From: the human T2T-CHM13v2.0 reference genome, Homo sapiens
NCBI RefSeq assembly: GCF_009914755.1
Contig: NC_060925.1
Reading direction: 5' to 3' (one strand)
Length of the DNA: 64,000 bases
Positions 32,100-45,150 of the stretch are shown piece by piece. The position numbers and the translations under genes are program-made. The number at the start of each line of letters is the position of its first letter. The stretch's first letter is position 1. The notes below the pieces were generated by a model. The model ran no database searches. It was not told the DNA's origin and was given only the letters and a program-made list of their open reading frames with translations.

Positions 32100-32900
32100 G
32101 GCCTGCTTTCTCATGAATATGGATTTCCATCATCCCTCACTGTAGGGATAGATGTTGGGGGCAGAGCTGTTGATTACATTTCCAGCCAATCATTGCCCAT
32201 TAGCAGGGAAGAGCGGTGGGCATTATCCCTCTTCAGCGAGGAGCCATTTGCATTTGGTTGGGCCCCGCTTTCTTTCTGAGCATCTACGGACCCTCAGCGC
32301 ACTCAATTACTCCGGCATCCGGCCCTTCCTCTTTCGCTTTCTAAGTGTCTTGATTGGATTGGCCAAATAGCTTGGTGCTAACTACAGCTGTTTAGCATAT
32401 CCCTGGGTGGAGGGTGATAAGGACCGCAGGGTTTGAGTTGGCTGTAACCTGCAGAAACAAATACCTTTCCCTTTCTGCCCATACTGCCTTCCACCCTCCT
32501 ACTAAAAGAATCCGCAGTGGTTTGCAGGGAATAGCCCCAGCAGGCAGTAGGGTACGCGCTCCATGCACTTTGCATCTTTTGGGGAGGTCCCTCCTTCTAG
32601 AGTTCTCTTTCTAGTGCCCTTGCCCCCGGAGATGTTGGTTTCCCAACTGCCCTGGGGGGCCTGAGGGGTCTGGCACGGATAGATGGTAAGTTTCCCCACC
32701 ACTTCCGCTTCTGGGAAAGAGGAAGGAAGTGGATCTAAGCAGAGTCCGCTGGGAAAGCAGGTCCCCTCCCTATTGGAAGTTCCGGCAGCGCTCCTGGGCC
32801 TTATGGGAAAATTAGAGGCCTGACCTGGGAGACAGGCATGTTTGTGTCCTGCTCACAAACCTTGGTCATAAGTAACCTGTGAGGACAACTGAGAATGACA
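32100..32900. promoter_or_regulatory. Putative promoter or proximal regulatory element (intermediate CpG)
   Basis: Non-repetitive; ~18 CpG in 32200-32800; CCAAT boxes (agccaatca 32184-32192; tgattggattggcc 32351-32364); octamer 32246-32253; ETS cacttccg 32700 and aggaagtg 32724; four TGGGAA sites; donor atg|gtaagt at 32685/32686. Confidence 0.55.
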
Positions 32901-33289
32901 GAGGGTTTCTTTCGTTCACAGGATCATGTTATCTTCAACCCCCTTCGGCTGCCCATGTTCCCCTGGAAAGCCCTTCTCCAGAGTCAGAAACATTTGTTTG
33001 CTCTTGTTAAGGCTGGAGCCATTTCCCCTCCCTCTTCAGGGTTTCTCCCACCCCTCAGCTCCCTCTTCTTCAGTGTTACTAGGGATGCTGTTTTGTTTTC
33101 TTTTCCTCTTCTGTTTTGCCCATTCAAGAAAATGAAAGTGAGCACCTGAGAAAGAGAGAGCGGGAGGCAGAGGGGGAAGAGAGACTGTGAGCACCAAATG
33201 ATCTGAGTGTGATAGAGGAAGGTTACCTGTGTGTTTGTCAACAAGATGAAATAAATAAGAGAAAAAAAAAGAAAAAAGAAAAAAAAGAC

Positions 33290-34070
33290 AGCAGTCAAAG
33301 GCAATCAAATATGTATTTAATTAAAGCAAACATAAAAATAAAAGTTACATGTTGAATCAATAAACAGCACTTTTTTCTACATGCATTTTGAACAAGACAG
33401 ATCAGAATCTTGCATGATGAAGACATAATGTGTCATAATAATTAGGAACACAGACAAAAGAACAGCTAATCAGCATGCAAATGTATGCAGTTCTGGTGAT
33501 TCAGATGAGGCAGATTTCTACCTCTTTTTTGCTTGATTCATCTTCATTGCTAATCATCTGAAGGCTGCCAAATGTTCACTGACACTAATGTATTATAGGT
33601 CAAGAGAGGCAGGTCTTCACCTATTACCCCCCCAAACAATATGCTTCCCTTCCCTGTTTCCTCTTCAGGATTTTCAGCAATCACTGCCAGATGCAATCAG
33701 ACTCCTTGAATAGGAGCAACTGAGGCTTGTTTGTGGCTCGGATTCATTAGAATCAGGAGGCTGAAGAAAGGAATAAATTACTTAATTGCACAAAAAAGTT
33801 GCAGCCAAAGTGATGGTGAGAGAAACTGATTGTGTAGATACGCATTAGGCCACTCTTGGAATGGGGTGTCTTAGAATAGCTGGTAGTTTGGCCTCACAGA
33901 TTCAGACAGATTTGGGTGTCCTCCAAAACAGATGGCTCCACATACCATCTATTCTTCTCTTTGTCAGGTTTTACCATTTATTTGATCTTGGTCCCTCTCT
34001 GATGCTGGTTGTATTAGTTGTAACACAAATATGCATTCAGATCATATCCATTTAGTCTGGCCTCTCCCAA
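33290..34070. promoter_or_regulatory. Putative developmental enhancer (CNE-like)
   Basis: Repeat-free; four CAGATG E-boxes (33502, 33555 reverse, 33688, 33929); octamer 33475-33482; ttaattaa at 33317. Confidence 0.5.
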
Positions 34071-34279
34071 CTTTTGTTCTTCCTCTTTTTTCTTTTTCTT
34101 TTTTTTTTTTTTTAATTTTCTTTTTGAGAAGATGGTCAAGTTGAATTAAACCCTTGTTGTCCAACTCTTGAATGCTCCTTCACATGAAATGCAGGAAATG
34201 GGAAGATTGCACAAGCCTGCAGTGCGGGGGTGTGAGCCCTAGACTGGAGGGAGGAGGAGGGAGAAGCTGCTCAAATGGG

Positions 34280-34295
34280 GAAAGAAAGAAAAGAA

Positions 34296-34343
<48 letters not shown>

Positions 34344-34344
34344 A
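34280..34344. repeat. (GAAA)n microsatellite / polypurine tract
   Basis: Direct reading. Confidence 0.97.
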
Positions 34345-34889
34345 GCTCTATTTTCCAACCACAGGGATACCTTCCTTGCCTCAAACTAACTCTTAATCCG
34401 TTAAAAAAAAAGCACAATATTATCCAGTGTTGTTCATACACAACCAAGGAAGAAGAAACAAAACCATGCAGAGCAGTCTCACAAATGCTTCCTTCTCTTT
34501 TCTCTGGCACTGTGGCATGTGCCTCCAGCCATGGGGCCTCTGACTCACACATTCCACTCAGGTTTTTGGTCATGTGCCTGACTTGCGGGTGGTCTTAAGG
34601 TCTTGAAGACAGAACTTCATTTTCTCTGTGAAGTTCCTGCATTGCTACTAGTTGTGTGTGCGTGCGTGTGTGTGTGCATGTGTATGTGTGTGTTTTGGGG
34701 ATGGGGTTGGGAAGAGGGAGGAGAAGGTTCAGTATGAGACAAGAGGCACTGACAGGGAAGAAATTGGGAAATAAATTATGATTGATTTCTATTTGGGAAG
34801 AAAAAGTATTCAGAGAGGTAACTTTTCTAATACTGTTGAAAAGTAATTGGCAAAGTGGATTCACCCAGGTTTGTTCTGACATTTCTCTA

Positions 34890-35290
34890 TCCCACCTCCC
34901 TTTGCTTTGCTGTTCCCTCTGCCAGACAATCCTTTCCCAGATCGTTCCAAGTCTTGGTCGTCTCATCAGTCATCTCCTCATCAATCCCATGTCCTCAGAG
35001 GGGCCAGCTCTGCCCTCCAAAAGTCAGCTGATGGTCACCTGTTCACCCCATCTGATTCTTGGGACTACATTTGTATTCCCTTTATAACTCTTACCATTAT
35101 CTGAAATTTATTTTTTTAGTATTATTTATTTTTTAAATTTACATGTATGGTAGCTGTCGCCCATGTTAGAAGGTAGGTTTCTTGAGAGCGGGGCAGGATT
35201 GCCTGTATGTTTCAACTCCGTATCCCCAGTTTCTACATCTCTATCTGGCTTTCAATAGGCATGCAATACATTTTTATTGTTTAAACAAGT
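34890..35290 (+). mobile_element. L2 3' fragment
   Basis: tgttccctctgccagacaatcctttcc...agaaggtaggtttcttgagagcggggcagg...caataggcatgcaatacatttttattg. Confidence 0.6.
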
Positions 35291-35580
35291 TATTTCTGAA
35301 ACCTAATGCTGCCTAAGGTCCTGTCACATTAACGGTGGACTCTGAAAGGTTACCCAAGTTACTTTGCTGTGCTGTGATACCATAACAACGCTTCCTGGAG
35401 GCTAAAATGTAGGCCATTGTTATCCTTAAGTTACAAAGACATTTTGCCCAATTTACCTTTCTAAGTTTGGTGCTCATTGGATGGGTAAGCGTGGGGCTGA
35501 CTTCACAGAAAGGAAAGACATTTATTTTCCTGAATTCATCGTCTGTGTTCAACTTAGTAGGAACTGGGAGTCAGCCATTA

Positions 35581-35583
<3 letters not shown>

Positions 35584-35631
<48 letters not shown>

Positions 35632-35639
35632 ACACACAC
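35584..35639. repeat. (TA)~22 followed by (CA)n microsatellite
   Basis: Direct reading. Confidence 0.97.
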
Positions 35640-38600
35640 GTGCACAAAGTCAGCTATATATTTCTGTATAGTCCTTTAGGTGTGGGTAGGAACCACTGAG
35701 AGGTCTCAGCAGTGTGAGAAAAGTGGGGAGAGAGAAGGGGACGAGAATAAAAGGGGAGAGGAGAAAGGAAAGACATTCTAGACAGTGGGGGTTAGATGGG
35801 CCCTGTGTGACCTGACACACTGTCCTGTGTCATTTACTGCCTTATTACAGACAGAGAAGACACTGTAAATGGACCCTACAATGGCTGGAATATGGAGTGA
35901 AATGCCAGGGTGGTCCCTACTAAGTGCATGGACATGGTAGGTTAACTGCTTTTTTTCTAGGAGCTGAGTAAACAGAGAGGGTCACACAGAAAAACATTTG
36001 TTTCTGTTTTGATCATGCCCTTTTAAGGTGCATGTTATACAGATCAAGATTCCAACTGCTACGAGTTCCGTCTCCTAGCCCTGAGCCCCCTAACCAGGGC
36101 GTGGTGCTGGTGGTACCTTTCTTCAGAGAAGTGAAGACGTTTTTTTCTGCTGGTTAGAGTACCACTTTGATTTTGTTTTATAACAAAATAAAACAAATTC
36201 TTCCTTTTCTGGAACTTGCCATGAGTAAAATAAATGGAAATTAAATTCATCTTGGGGCTTATTATTTTTCTCAGTCTTACCTTTGGAACGACTCCTTTCT
36301 TCCAGGAAACTCAGTGAGGTGTCTCCCAACGGCCTTGATCCCATTTCCAACTGCAGGGGACCCATGGAGTCACAGATTTATTGGGAGTGGGAAGTGGAGT
36401 AGGGTGCAGGTTCTGGGTGAGCAGCTTGGCTCTGGGCATTTTAATTCCATGTGGAGCTGGCAGGGAGAAGGCCAGAGCAGGCCCCAGACCATCTAATCCC
36501 TTATCATGAGGGCCCCAGCTCCATGCCAAGAACTCGACTTTTGGAGAATGGCAGTTGTCTTGGGGGAGGCTCTCATCTCTGCAGGAAGCCAGCAGGCAGA
36601 ATGGACACCACCAGATAGAGCCTTCTGTAGCCCGTCCAGAGGCATCTGATTATTCAGTTGATTTTTTTTTTTTTCTGGTCCAAATAAGCCTCATATCCCT
36701 TCATCAGAACAAAGCTGAACTTTCCCACTCCCCGGCTGGCGGAGATAGCTGTCTTAGGCTCCTTGGAAAAAGCTCCATGGTTACCTTTCTTTCCCATTTC
36801 CTTAGATCTTTTTGTTTGTTTGTTTGTTTTCTTTCTCATAAAGTAAGAAAGACATTCTTCTGTGCCTTGGCAGACAGCTGTCCGAGGTCCTTCTTCTATT
36901 GGGGTCTCACCGTTGGACCCCCCCAACCCCTCCCAGTCACACAGGCGACAAAATCTCCTCCTACCCTTCCTTTCACATAGGAAGGAGCTGCTCTCTGAGC
37001 CGGCAAGTGAAACCTTGGCACCCTCTCAAAGAAACCTGAAGTGAGAAGGGTTCAAGAGGGAGGTCGCTTTGTGCGGAAAAGCTCCCGCCACAGACCTCTC
37101 TACCAGCCTGGTGGAGGGCCTCCCGCAGGGGCACCGGAGAGATGGAAGCCCATTCACACTGGGTATTGTGTCCACCCTGGCTCCTTAGCCATTACTTTTA
37201 ACTTTAAACAGCTCAAAGAAAAAGATTCCCATGGGATACAGGAGAAACCTATTCCCATCTCCCCTCCCATCCATCTGTGATACGGACTTGGGATTTTAGT
37301 TCCAAAATGCTTTATTTCCCCTCATCTCCAAGTTGGGTTACCGACCTTCTATCTGTAAATGCCACCAACTGGCTTCTCTGTTCATGTCTCAGGTTAGTAT
37401 TTCTTTAGCACAAATACACATTTATTGCTGGGTACTAGGATATCAGATAATTCAATCAGTGTTCTGTTGGAGTCTAGTAGGGAAGAGAGACATGTAAACA
37501 ATGAGCTTACAGTGCTGAGACAGGTGACTGGATGTCTGTGGCTTACACCAGAAGCTCCCTAATAGAAGCTCCCCTCTGCACAGCACCTATTCTAGATCCG
37601 TGTGCAATCGGGGTTGTGAAAGTCTCATTGATTTTGGTGACTGATGTTGAGCAATGCCCCCACCCCTTCTTGGGCTCAAGAGGAGGGAAGTTGGTGTTAA
37701 AACTGAGTTAGTATGATCACTGGAACAATAGAAAACCACCCTGCGCCCCTTCTCATTTTACTCATACAAAGTGGTGACCAGCTTGGAGCACTGAGAAGGA
37801 AATTTCCACAAACTCGTGGGAACAGGGTGCTGTCCACTTTGCTCTCCGCGATCACTTCTTTTCTTGAGAAGGTGAACGGTGAGGAGTCCATGGTTTAAGT
37901 GACTGGCTCTTGGATTTAAATGTTTTCATTTTCTCCTAGAAGGAGAACTTTTCATGGCACTGGTGGCTACTCTCAGAGGGTGATCACTAAAGCAAGAGGA
38001 GATCACATCTCTGCTGAGCCATTCACAACTGAGGCAATCTGCTGGAAAGGCAGAAAGAGAAGGTGGCATTTTATCCTGGTGCATGGAAGAAGGAAGAGAG
38101 AAGAGGATGTGATGGTTGGCTTTTTGTTAGTAAAGAAAAAAATAAAGAGAGAAATAAACATTTAGCCATTGCATTGTACATGGTTGGAGGTGAGCCAGTG
38201 CCCCTTTCTGACTGCTAATGTGCTGGCACAGGAGACTAGTAAGCTAAAACTTTTCTATCTGTTGATTTAATGATGTATGGAGGATTCATATTTAAAAAGA
38301 AGGTTGGACTTCTTGAATTCTAGGTCTCCATCCAAGTCTTAAAGTTCTGCTTGTCTATGAGTTAATCAACAACATTGGGTGCCCACTCTGTGCAGGAGGG
38401 GTCTCCTTGTGCTGGCCCTCTCACCTATGGGTGAGTACTTTTCTCTAGTTGGAACTGAAAACCAAGATTAAGAAATGAAAATAGTATGGTAAGAGTATTG
38501 GATGGTGGGGTCAAAGCCATTTTAGTTCTGACGAGTCAACGGTTAATTGAGCCACTAGTATGAATGGGCCTGGCCAGTGCCGGTGCAGAGACACAGGGAT

Positions 38601-40662
38601 GAAGGAGATGAATGGGGGCATGTGGAGAGCATCTGTAAGGAGGCTAGGCCTAGGTAGAGCCAGGCCTCTGCACCTGCGTCCTGTGCACTGCTTGTCTGTC
38701 ACTCCACGTCTGCAGATGTTTGGGGGCTGGTAGGCCCAGACAGGCAGGGAGAGCTGTCTGCACAGGGAAGTCGGTGGCATTGCTATTATTTAGTTTTGAA
38801 GGAGGCCATGACTGTGTGTAAAACAGAGGTGAAGAGGCCAGGGTCCTTTTGTGTGGGCCAGGGCCTACGTCACCCTGCAATTCTCTGAAGACTCCTGAGG
38901 AACTTGTCCCCGCAGCTGAGCTCATGGCCTCTCTGCTGGCCTCCTCTCTCTGCCTGCCCAGGCTGCCTTTGTTTTGACATCTTTTTACTCTCCTCTCCAT
39001 GTTTCCTGTTTTTGTGGATCTTCCCCTTCTGCTGTATTTTTCCTGTGTCTGTTTGGGCTCCCAGATGTTGCGGCCATTGGTTATTTTGGTAACTATCTGG
39101 GGCATCACAAGATCTTAAAAAAAAAAAAAAAAAGACAATGGAAAAATCCTATATTGGAAAAAAATTTCCATACATGTGTCCCAGGTTGGATAATGGACCA
39201 TCCCAATGTTTCAGATGCATAACTTGGGTGTTACAAGGACAGAGCCAACCAACTGAAATGTAGTAAATTTCAGTTAAAACATTAACAATTCTGTCATTTT
39301 ATGCCACCTGCCCAGGGCCCATCATGGCACACTGTACATCGTTGGCACCCACCAAACTTTGGTTGAATTCAGTGTATTAAGTGGTGTACCCTCCCTGGAG
39401 ATATGTTTTTAGGTAGGAGGATTCACAGTCCTTTTAAAATACCTTTTCTGCACTAGCTGTCATTTTGAAAATGCTGTTGATACAGCGATCCAATCAAATG
39501 GCAGTGGAGGGCATGCTTGTCTGTATATGCAAAATAAAAGAAATGCCACAGAAGACATATGCTACTCTGATGGGGACTCTAATCCATCTCTGGCAGCAGG
39601 ACGGCCAGCAGTGCCCAGGAATTTGGCCTGAGAGAGGCCTATAGGAAGAGTCTCATTAGTTAATTCGGTGTGGGCCAGATCCTGCAGGTAGGTAAACTGT
39701 TTGCTTCAACACCATTTAGTCAGCTCCTCTGTGGTGGCTGTGGCAGAGGCACAGCTGGGTCGTGGGTTCCTTCTAGAGTGGAGGGGGTGTCTTCTCTGCC
39801 CTGACCACAGATCACACTTCTGCCCAGAAGGCCGACCTCAGATGGTGCTGGCAGGACAACTTCTTCCTTATATACTTTTCATACCTACTGCAGGACAGAT
39901 CCAGGCATAACTACTGATGCATAACAGTTGACAAAAATGATACAAGCCCCTCAGTGGCTTTTCTAACCATGGCATGGTTAGGAGGAGGAAACATTACTTG
40001 GTTGGAAAGAAACTCAGGGTTCCAAGGGGGCAAGTGGCACAACTGGCAGAGCAATGGGCTGGACATCAGATGGGACTTCTCACCAGGTCTCTTCTTGTTT
40101 GTGAACACCCGACTCCACATCCAATCAGTGAGAAAATCTTATTGTTTCCACCTTCCAAACTATTTCTCAAATGTGTTTCTTTTCTTTCTATTCCATCCAT
40201 AGGTGACTCTTGGGCTAATAGTTATGTATTTAAGGATAAATAGCTATTCCGGCATTTCTCTTGTGAATAGGTATAAACCATCAAGTCTCTACAACAGGAA
40301 GGAGCCAGCCAACTGGTCTTGTACGTTCCTTGTCCTTTTTATGACCACAATTCCTGCTGTTTCTTTTGCTACTTGGAGATCTATGGTTTTTATAAATGAA
40401 AAGCTGGATGTGGTGGAATGGAATGCGTGTCATGAGTTAAGGGAGAACCCTGATATATCACTGTGTTAAGCAAATAAGACTTACCCATGTGGTGATTGTT
40501 TCATGTTTAGTGGAAACATTCATGTCCATTCCTAGAGACAGAAGTTGATCTACAGAACGATCAACCCCAGTGATTTCTCCAGCTGTGTGGAATTGTCTTG
40601 CGAGGTGCTCAGGGTCAGGTTTTCGTGCTTCAGGTATGGTGTAGCCAGGGGACTGTTCCTAA

Positions 40663-41068
<406 letters not shown>

Positions 41069-41189
41069 AGGACTGGCTTTTAAATAGTAACTAGAAGAGG
41101 CACTCAGTGGAGAACTTCAAGAATGGGATTGGTACTACCTGGGCTCCAAGGGGGCAGTGGCTGGAAACCTCTCCTAGTTTCTGGATGAT

Positions 41190-41370
41190 GATAATAATAA
41201 CAATAGTAGCATTTACTGAGGTCAGGCCCATGTTAATAATGCTTCACATGAATGAACTCATTTAGTCTTCACAACAGTGTCATAAAGTACAGTCTATCAT
41301 CTTCCTGTTATGGATGAGGAAACTGAGGCACAGAGAGGTTGATTAGCTTCCCCCAGGACATACAGGTGCT
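41190..41370 (-). mobile_element. MIR
   Basis: tcatttagtcttcacaac...gatgaggaaactgaggcacagagaggtt. Confidence 0.8.
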
Positions 41371-41821
41371 TCCAAATTTTGTCAAATTTGGGAACACCTT
41401 TATTACATTCTTCTCATATATTATTCTTAAATACTGCATGAATCGATGATATTAGGAGAACTCCTGGCAGCAACAACACTAGGACCTCCAGCAGTAAGTA
41501 CTCACAGGACTGTGGACCATACAGATATATCCTGCAAAATCCAAATGAAATGTATCAGCAACTCAGCTTTTCCTTAGCTGAATCCCCAAAACACCCGCAG
41601 TCATTCCTGTACCATCGAAGTGGAAGTAGGCATGAAAGTCAGAGTGGAAAGAGAGAAGTCTTAACCAACTCAGTCGAACATAGCTTATTTTTGCACACTT
41701 TATGAAAACATATGCTCCTGTGAACACATTGCAAGGGCTCCTCCCAGGGCCTTCGACAGGGTCTGCATGAGGGAGGGACTCTGAAACTTCTGCTTATTAA
41801 CTGTACAATAAATTTGCTCCT
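41371..41821. mobile_element. MER115/Zaphod-like hAT-Tip100 element
   Basis: End block gtgaacacattgcaagggctcctcccagggccttcg...aaatttgctcctg resembles the MER115/Zaphod terminus. Confidence 0.55.
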
Positions 41822-42372
41822 GGCCCTAAGGTATATATGGGAGATGTATATCTCTCTCTCTCTTTCTCTCCTTTATCCATCATAGCTATAGACATCTATA
41901 TTTATCTATCCATTTCCTGTATCTATCTAGAGATATATATATTTACACATCTATATGTACATCTACATCTCTCTCTTTCTATATATGGTAACAGGATGCA
42001 CACTGAAGGTGTTGGATGGATGTCTGCCAGTCCTGTTGGGTATTGCTGTGACAGAGATAAAGCCTCACTTGGAGATAATGTGAAGCCCTTTGTGATGTTA
42101 AGGATTAAATCAAATGACTTCCGCGCCCCACCTCTCCCCATAATAATCCTGTTAGACTGGAATTATTATTCCCATTTTGCACATGTGGGAGCTAAGGCTT
42201 AGAGAAGCACACAGGGGAAGAACCAGCTCTGACAGTCATTTTTCACTCATATGAACTAATGATGGCTTGTATAGAAAGCACAAATAAAGATCACATTTCA
42301 TGGCCTCAAGAGGATAGGATGGCAGAAAGCTTATAGCTCCTTAGGGAAGTTAAGTACATAATGATAGGTTGT

Positions 42373-42870
42373 TGTATTAGTTAGGATTAGCTGGGGCTGC
42401 GAGTGGCAGAAGTCCCTGAATAACAGTGGTTTAAATCAGATGGATACTGATTTCTCACTAATGTGAACGTCCAGGTAGCTGGTCCGCTATCATCAGGGGT
42501 CAACTTCTATTTTATTGCTTTGCCATCCTCAACACATACTTCTAACTCATGGTCCAAAGTGGCTGCTATAGCTCCAGCCATGAGGTCTGTATTCTAACCA
42601 GCAGAAAGGACAGAAGGGCAGAAGAAGACTAATTTCTTCTCTTTAACTACACTTACTGAGAACTATGTATGTGTGTGCCTCCACAGACATATATGCACAC
42701 ACCTGCCACTCCTATCTGCAACCCCATTGGCCAGAACTTGGTCATGTGGCCACACCAAGATACAAGGGAGATGGGGAAATATAGGTTTTATTCAAGGCAA
42801 CTATGTTCACAGATAACTCTGTGACAAAGGGGCAGAGCTGATGTAAGGAGAGAGCTAGCACAACTGTCGT
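42373..42870 (-). mobile_element. MLT1J-like LTR
   Basis: tgtattagttaggattagctggggctgcgagtg...catggtccaaagtggctgct...cattggccagaacttggtcatgtggccacacc. Confidence 0.7.
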
Positions 42871-43649
42871 GTGCTGTATCTCACCATATTTTGCTTATTA
42901 TCTTCTCAAGAATATTGCATTCTCTTTGAAGGTGGGGATTCTATTCTGTATTCATCCACTGAATTAGAGAATGTGAAAAGGCCAAGGAGGTGATCCGGTT
43001 TAGTGATTTTCAAACTTCTTTTTATCAGTATATTTCATTTTTCAAAGGAAATTTTTTAGGAGACTCCAATATGTAAGACATGAAAGCAATATGTTATCAA
43101 AAGTAATTTCACGAATTCAAAGTTATAGCATTTTCTTCTTTTAAAATCAACACGGAGTCAAGTTAAAGGGTCTAAAATGCTAATATTTGCTACACAATAC
43201 ATTTGAGTGTGTGTTTCCACTGATTTATAAATAGCTTAAAGTTCACTTCTAATAACGAAATTCAATACAATAGCTTCAGAACCCCTTCAAACTTGAGCTT
43301 GAAAACAGCCAATCAAGTTCAAACTTCTAATTGTACAGCAAGTATTGAAGGCCCAAAGTGGTGAGCTGATTTGGTCAACATCCCAGAGCTAGACAGTAGT
43401 GGAATGAGGCTGAAATCAAGTTTATGAGTCAATAAGTATGGCCTAAGGTTCCGACATTGCACAGGTCCCAAGCACTTCTTATTAAATCCCTCTATATCAC
43501 CTAGAAGACTGCTGGGTGCAGAGAGGCTGCTCAGTACATATTTGTTGTTAAGAGAAAGGCTTTTTCCTTGATGATGGGGTATGTTTACTTAAGGAGAACA
43601 GAGGCCCTAAGGGTCATAGAGTCATTATTTGGTATGGGGGAAATAACGA

Positions 43650-43890
43650 TACCTAACATTTGTTTGGCTCTTTATATATTCATAAAGTGTGATCACATAC
43701 CTTTTCCAATTTAATCCTTTCAAAACCTATTAAATAATTAGAGCAGATATTACTCTTATTCCCATTTTACAGGTGAGGAAACTGAAGCTCACGGAGTTGA
43801 ATGACTTGTCCGAGAATACAAGGCAACTGAGTGGCAGAGCCCGAAGCTAAATCTGTGTTTTCTGGCTCCAAATCCAGACCTCTGTTCTTT
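43650..43890 (-). mobile_element. MIR
   Basis: cccattttacaggtgaggaaactgaagctc...aatgacttgtcc...agtggcagagc. Confidence 0.8.
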
Positions 43891-44784
43891 GTTGTCACCC
43901 AGCTCGTTGAGTTTTTCATACACCTATTTAGACTTTTCTTGCATTACACAACTCTAGGGGGTACCATTCCCATTGTAAACTAAGGAGTTATGTTTTGGTC
44001 TATTTACATAGACCACAGTGGTATCTTTGGCACTGTGCAAAGGGGTGACAGTATCTCTCTCTACATTGGGAGTTCTTTGAGTGAAGGCATTATGATTTAT
44101 TTATCTCTGTATCCCAGGCACCTGGCCAGGGATATCAATTGATGTTGTTGAATGAACTGCATTGCATGTCTACAGAGTGCAGTAGGTTTTCCAGTAATTT
44201 AATTTGTGTTCCTTTTTGTCTCTTTAATCAGACCATAGGCCTGGAAAAGACAAGGGGTTAAACTTTGCCCTCTTCCCTGCATCCTAAGTCCCACCCTCCT
44301 CATTCTTCCAGGCTTAATACAGGCTAAGGCTCAGAGTTCTCACTCAGCCAGCCTGCATTATTTCAGCAGCATCTGCAGTGGTGCGCTTAGATCTGAAGTA
44401 CAGCCAGAAGACCTGTATTTCAATCTCTGTTTCATCATTAACAAGATATATGGTCTTGGGGATAGTTCTCTCCTCTGTAAATGAAGGAGATGCTCTACCA
44501 CTGTGTATGGTTATCGTACTAGATTGTGTGTATCCAGTTCTGTGCCTCTAGACAGCATTGATTATATGCTCTATGAACTCCACTCTGTTTGCTTCTGGAG
44601 GACACAGGAGGTACGGGCAGCAGATGGGTGAGGTTGACTGATTTGACCCCATGTTATTGCACTCAGGGAGTGATCATTAAATTCCATGGCATTTCTTCCA
44701 GTATCTCATGGTCACTGTGGTTATTGATGTTGATGCTATTCTTGGTGATGACTGGACCCAGTTGATTGGTTCCTGGTATATTGT

Positions 44785-45150
44785 ATACATCCACTTACTC
44801 ATTTATTCATTCAACAGATATTTATTGTCTGCTGTGTACCAGGTATATATATTCAAGGGGTTAGGGATGATACAGCTCCACACAAAATGGGCCAAGTCAT
44901 TGCCCTCGTGCAGCGTATCATGCTGTAGGGGAAAGAAGGAGAGATATGCAAGAAGCAAAGAAACACAAAAGTACATACTGTAGTAATATAGGGTAGGGAC
45001 AATTTCTGTGAAGACAGTGAAGCAGGGCTAGTGAGGGGTGAGGCTGTGTGCATGTGTAGGAGTGGCGTGTGTGTCTGCATGTGCATGTCTGCATGTATGG
45101 TTGAGAGTGTATGTGGGACCATTGGGAAGGTGACCTGAACCAAGAGGAGT
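44785..45150 (-). mobile_element. L2 3' end
   Basis: catttattcattcaacagatatttattg...gtgtaccaggt. Confidence 0.6.

Noticed and set aside
34172-35699. ORFs with KERK, FFLS, IY or HT repeats
   Set aside because: Translations of (GAAA)n, (TA)n and (CA)n microsatellites.
36555-36980. 141-aa plus-strand ORF
   Set aside because: Non-ATG start, low-complexity T-rich stretches and no homology I recognise.
38650-39108. Longest ORF in the track (152 aa, minus strand)
   Set aside because: No recognisable domain or exon context; this length is expected by chance among six frames of 64 kb.
41141-41160. Possible CTCF site ctccaagggggcagtg (similar partial matches near 8115, 19305 and 37120)
   Set aside because: Only the 3' half matches the core; cannot be supported without PWM scoring or ChIP data.
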